From an uncultured delta proteobacterium (GTDB taxonomy: Bacteria; Desulfobacterota; Binatia; HRBIN30; BPIQ01): a stretch of 64,000 nucleotides of DNA. A model generated the notes under the pieces. It had not been told where the DNA came from. It ran no database searches and saw nothing but the letters and a program-made list of their open reading frames with translations. Every line of letters starts with the position of its first letter. Within the stretch, counting starts at the first letter, position 1. Position numbers and translations under genes: made by a program. The stretch spans positions 608,001 to 672,000 of the forward strand of contig CAVXGR010000012.1 in the NCBI GenBank assembly GCA_963761335.1. The letters are read 5' to 3'. Below are positions 62,288-64,000 of the stretch, piece by piece.

Positions 62288-62587
62288 GCTGCCCCGCCGC
62301 CTCGAGCGCCGACAAAGCAGGGTGTTGGGGGCGGGAGCGGGCCGTCCCGACGGTCCGACAGCCCAACAACCTAACAACCTAACACCCTGCCGTTGTCGTT
62401 TTGGCTTGCAAGCTCGGGGCCGCCGGTCCATATAAGGGGCAATCCCGGAATGAGGGGAATCCCGGAAGACAAATCGCGCGAACCCCTAAGCAAAATACTC
62501 AGGGACCGAAGATTCTGCTTGAAAAACTTATCGACTCTCGCATACGATCCGTGCGAAGTACCGAAAAAGGTGGGGGAATCAATTAAA

Positions 62588-62898
62588 GAGCTGCTGATGC
62601 GAAGTGCGCCTGAAATGAATCGGGGCGGCAGCTCATTCCCTCGGGGTCGACATTGTCGCGGCAGGAGGGAGCACGCCAATGGAGATGAGAAACATGTGGA
62701 GCGGTCGAGCGCCTCCGAGAGGTTCCTTGCAATGAGCGGGGGTAGTCAGGAACCCGTAGCCGCCGATGGTCTCCCGTGGGGGGAAGGAGGAAGGCCAGGA
62801 TTCTCATCTAGCGTGGCTGGCAACTGGGTACGAAGAGAGCTCTATGGAGCCCGTTCAACCTCCTCGGAAGACATGCGCTGATCCGGCATGTGCTTCCG
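62588..62898 (+). ncRNA. Candidate structured leader RNA (unassigned)
   Basis: Several nested complementary segments upstream of a gene with a strong RBS; no known riboswitch consensus recognised. Confidence 0.35.
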
Positions 62899-62959
62899 TG
62901 CGGGCAAACTTCAAACCATCATCAGCAAACGGTTCGAAACTCGAAGGAGAAAAAATCCA

Positions 62960-64000
62960 ATGATGTTCAGACGAATTCTTCTCGTGAGCGTGGCGGCCCT
63001 GTTCGCCGTCGCGATTACCAGTCCCGTTACGCCGGGGCAACCAAGGTGCAGGGCAACCTCGTTCATTCGCCCACCGTTCTCGACGCGGGCTCCGACCTGA
63101 GCTGCCGCCGTTGGCGACGGACGGCATCAACGACGCGCCCGCCGTCCCCGGCGCCACTGGCTGCCCTCTGCCCGGGCATCGGCGCCTGCGCCGCCGATCC
63201 CAACATCACCTGCTCGCTTGCGCCCGGCAGCGCAGCCAATCCGTTCGATACGGCACCTGCCCGCCGTCGGGCGGCGCCTGCGGCGGTCCGCCGTCTCTCG
63301 CCTCGACCGAGACATGCTGCGTCGAGGCGCTCACCGGTCCGGACGGCGTGACCGCGGCTGACGATCCGGCCATTGCCCAGCTCATCGACGGCAAGGGCAA
63401 GTTCCAGATCCAGATCAAGGGAACGAAGGACGCCGCCAACGGCCTGAAGGCTGCGGTCAAGTGCCAGGCCAAGGACGTCTACGATCTCGCGACCGGGTCA
63501 GTGAAGCAAAACACCGATCAGAACACGGACGCCAGCCATAACGCGCTCGGCACCTGCCAGGGCGGCCCCAATGATGGCAACGCGTGCAAGAAGGCCAGTG
63601 ACTGCAAGGACAGCTCAAATCCGAAGGCCGTGTACTTCTGCACCGACGGCGACGAGTACAACTGCACCATCGACGGCCTCATCGAGTCGAACTCGGACAA
63701 CAGTCCGGCCTGCGGCGGGCCCTGCGTTGCCGGTTGCTGGCCGGCCGCCTACCTTGCGGCACCGCCGGCGTGGCGCTCTGCGCCGTGGCGCCTGCACGGC
63801 GGCCCCCGCGACGGGCAGCCCTGTGACATCCTCGGCACCCTTTCCTGCTCTCCTGGTACCGCCTGCTTTGCCGACGGCACCAACACGGTGACCCTGACCG
63901 GCGACGAGGCCGGCTTTGCGGCGCCTTCGTCTGCTTTCACTGCCCTCGGCGAACCAAGCCTGTCTCCTCTGCCCGACGATGTTCCAGCTCGGCTACCCGA
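62960..64000 (+). CDS. Secreted Cys-rich protein, frameshifted as assembled and running off the window
   Basis: AAGGAGA RBS; signal peptide MMFRRILLVSVAALFAVA; later frame reads GTCQGGPNDGNACKKASDC; frames switch near 63027 and further downstream. Confidence 0.65.

Noticed and set aside
62420..62945. c-di-GMP or c-di-AMP riboswitch
   Set aside because: Isolated GCAAA/GGCAAAC words occur, but not the full conserved order and pairing.

Overview
A 64-kb high-GC bacterial chromosomal segment made mostly of housekeeping and metabolic genes. Gene content suggests a deltaproteobacterium-like lineage, possibly Candidatus Binatia (inference only). In order it contains: an lptCAB-rpoN-hpf-ptsN-hprK-rapZ-HPr-metK cluster; a cold-shock gene; phosphatidylcholine synthase; a GldA/F/G-like ABC system; glutaryl-CoA dehydrogenase with a divergent LysR; hpnI; a GMC dehydrogenase pair; an EfpL/YeiP-type EF-P; a zincin peptidase + ATP-grasp pair; a two-gene acyl-CoA dehydrogenase; a complete Rrf2-sufBCDSUT operon; thiolase; prfC; an S1-domain protein; surE; and the start of a Cys-rich secreted protein. 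No rRNA, tRNA, CRISPR array, integrase or transposase was seen. The unusual signal is non-coding, and many intergenic spacers carry small repeat elements. These include two families of TA-flanked MITE-like elements (one pair brackets hpnI) that carry REP-like palindromes, GTAG-type REP doublets, and inverted cassettes built from 7-, 8- and ~9-nt periodic units. One cassette has a clean 9-bp flanking direct repeat, and two enclose what may be decayed fragments of four-helix-bundle or GxxExxY genes. The surE 3' end and downstream DNA are triplicated in diverged form, and a multi-helix leader precedes the last gene. Three genes (sulfatase-like, YihY, last gene) are frameshifted; this could be pseudogenisation or assembly indel error. 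All calls come from motif recognition by eye and no database search was run.
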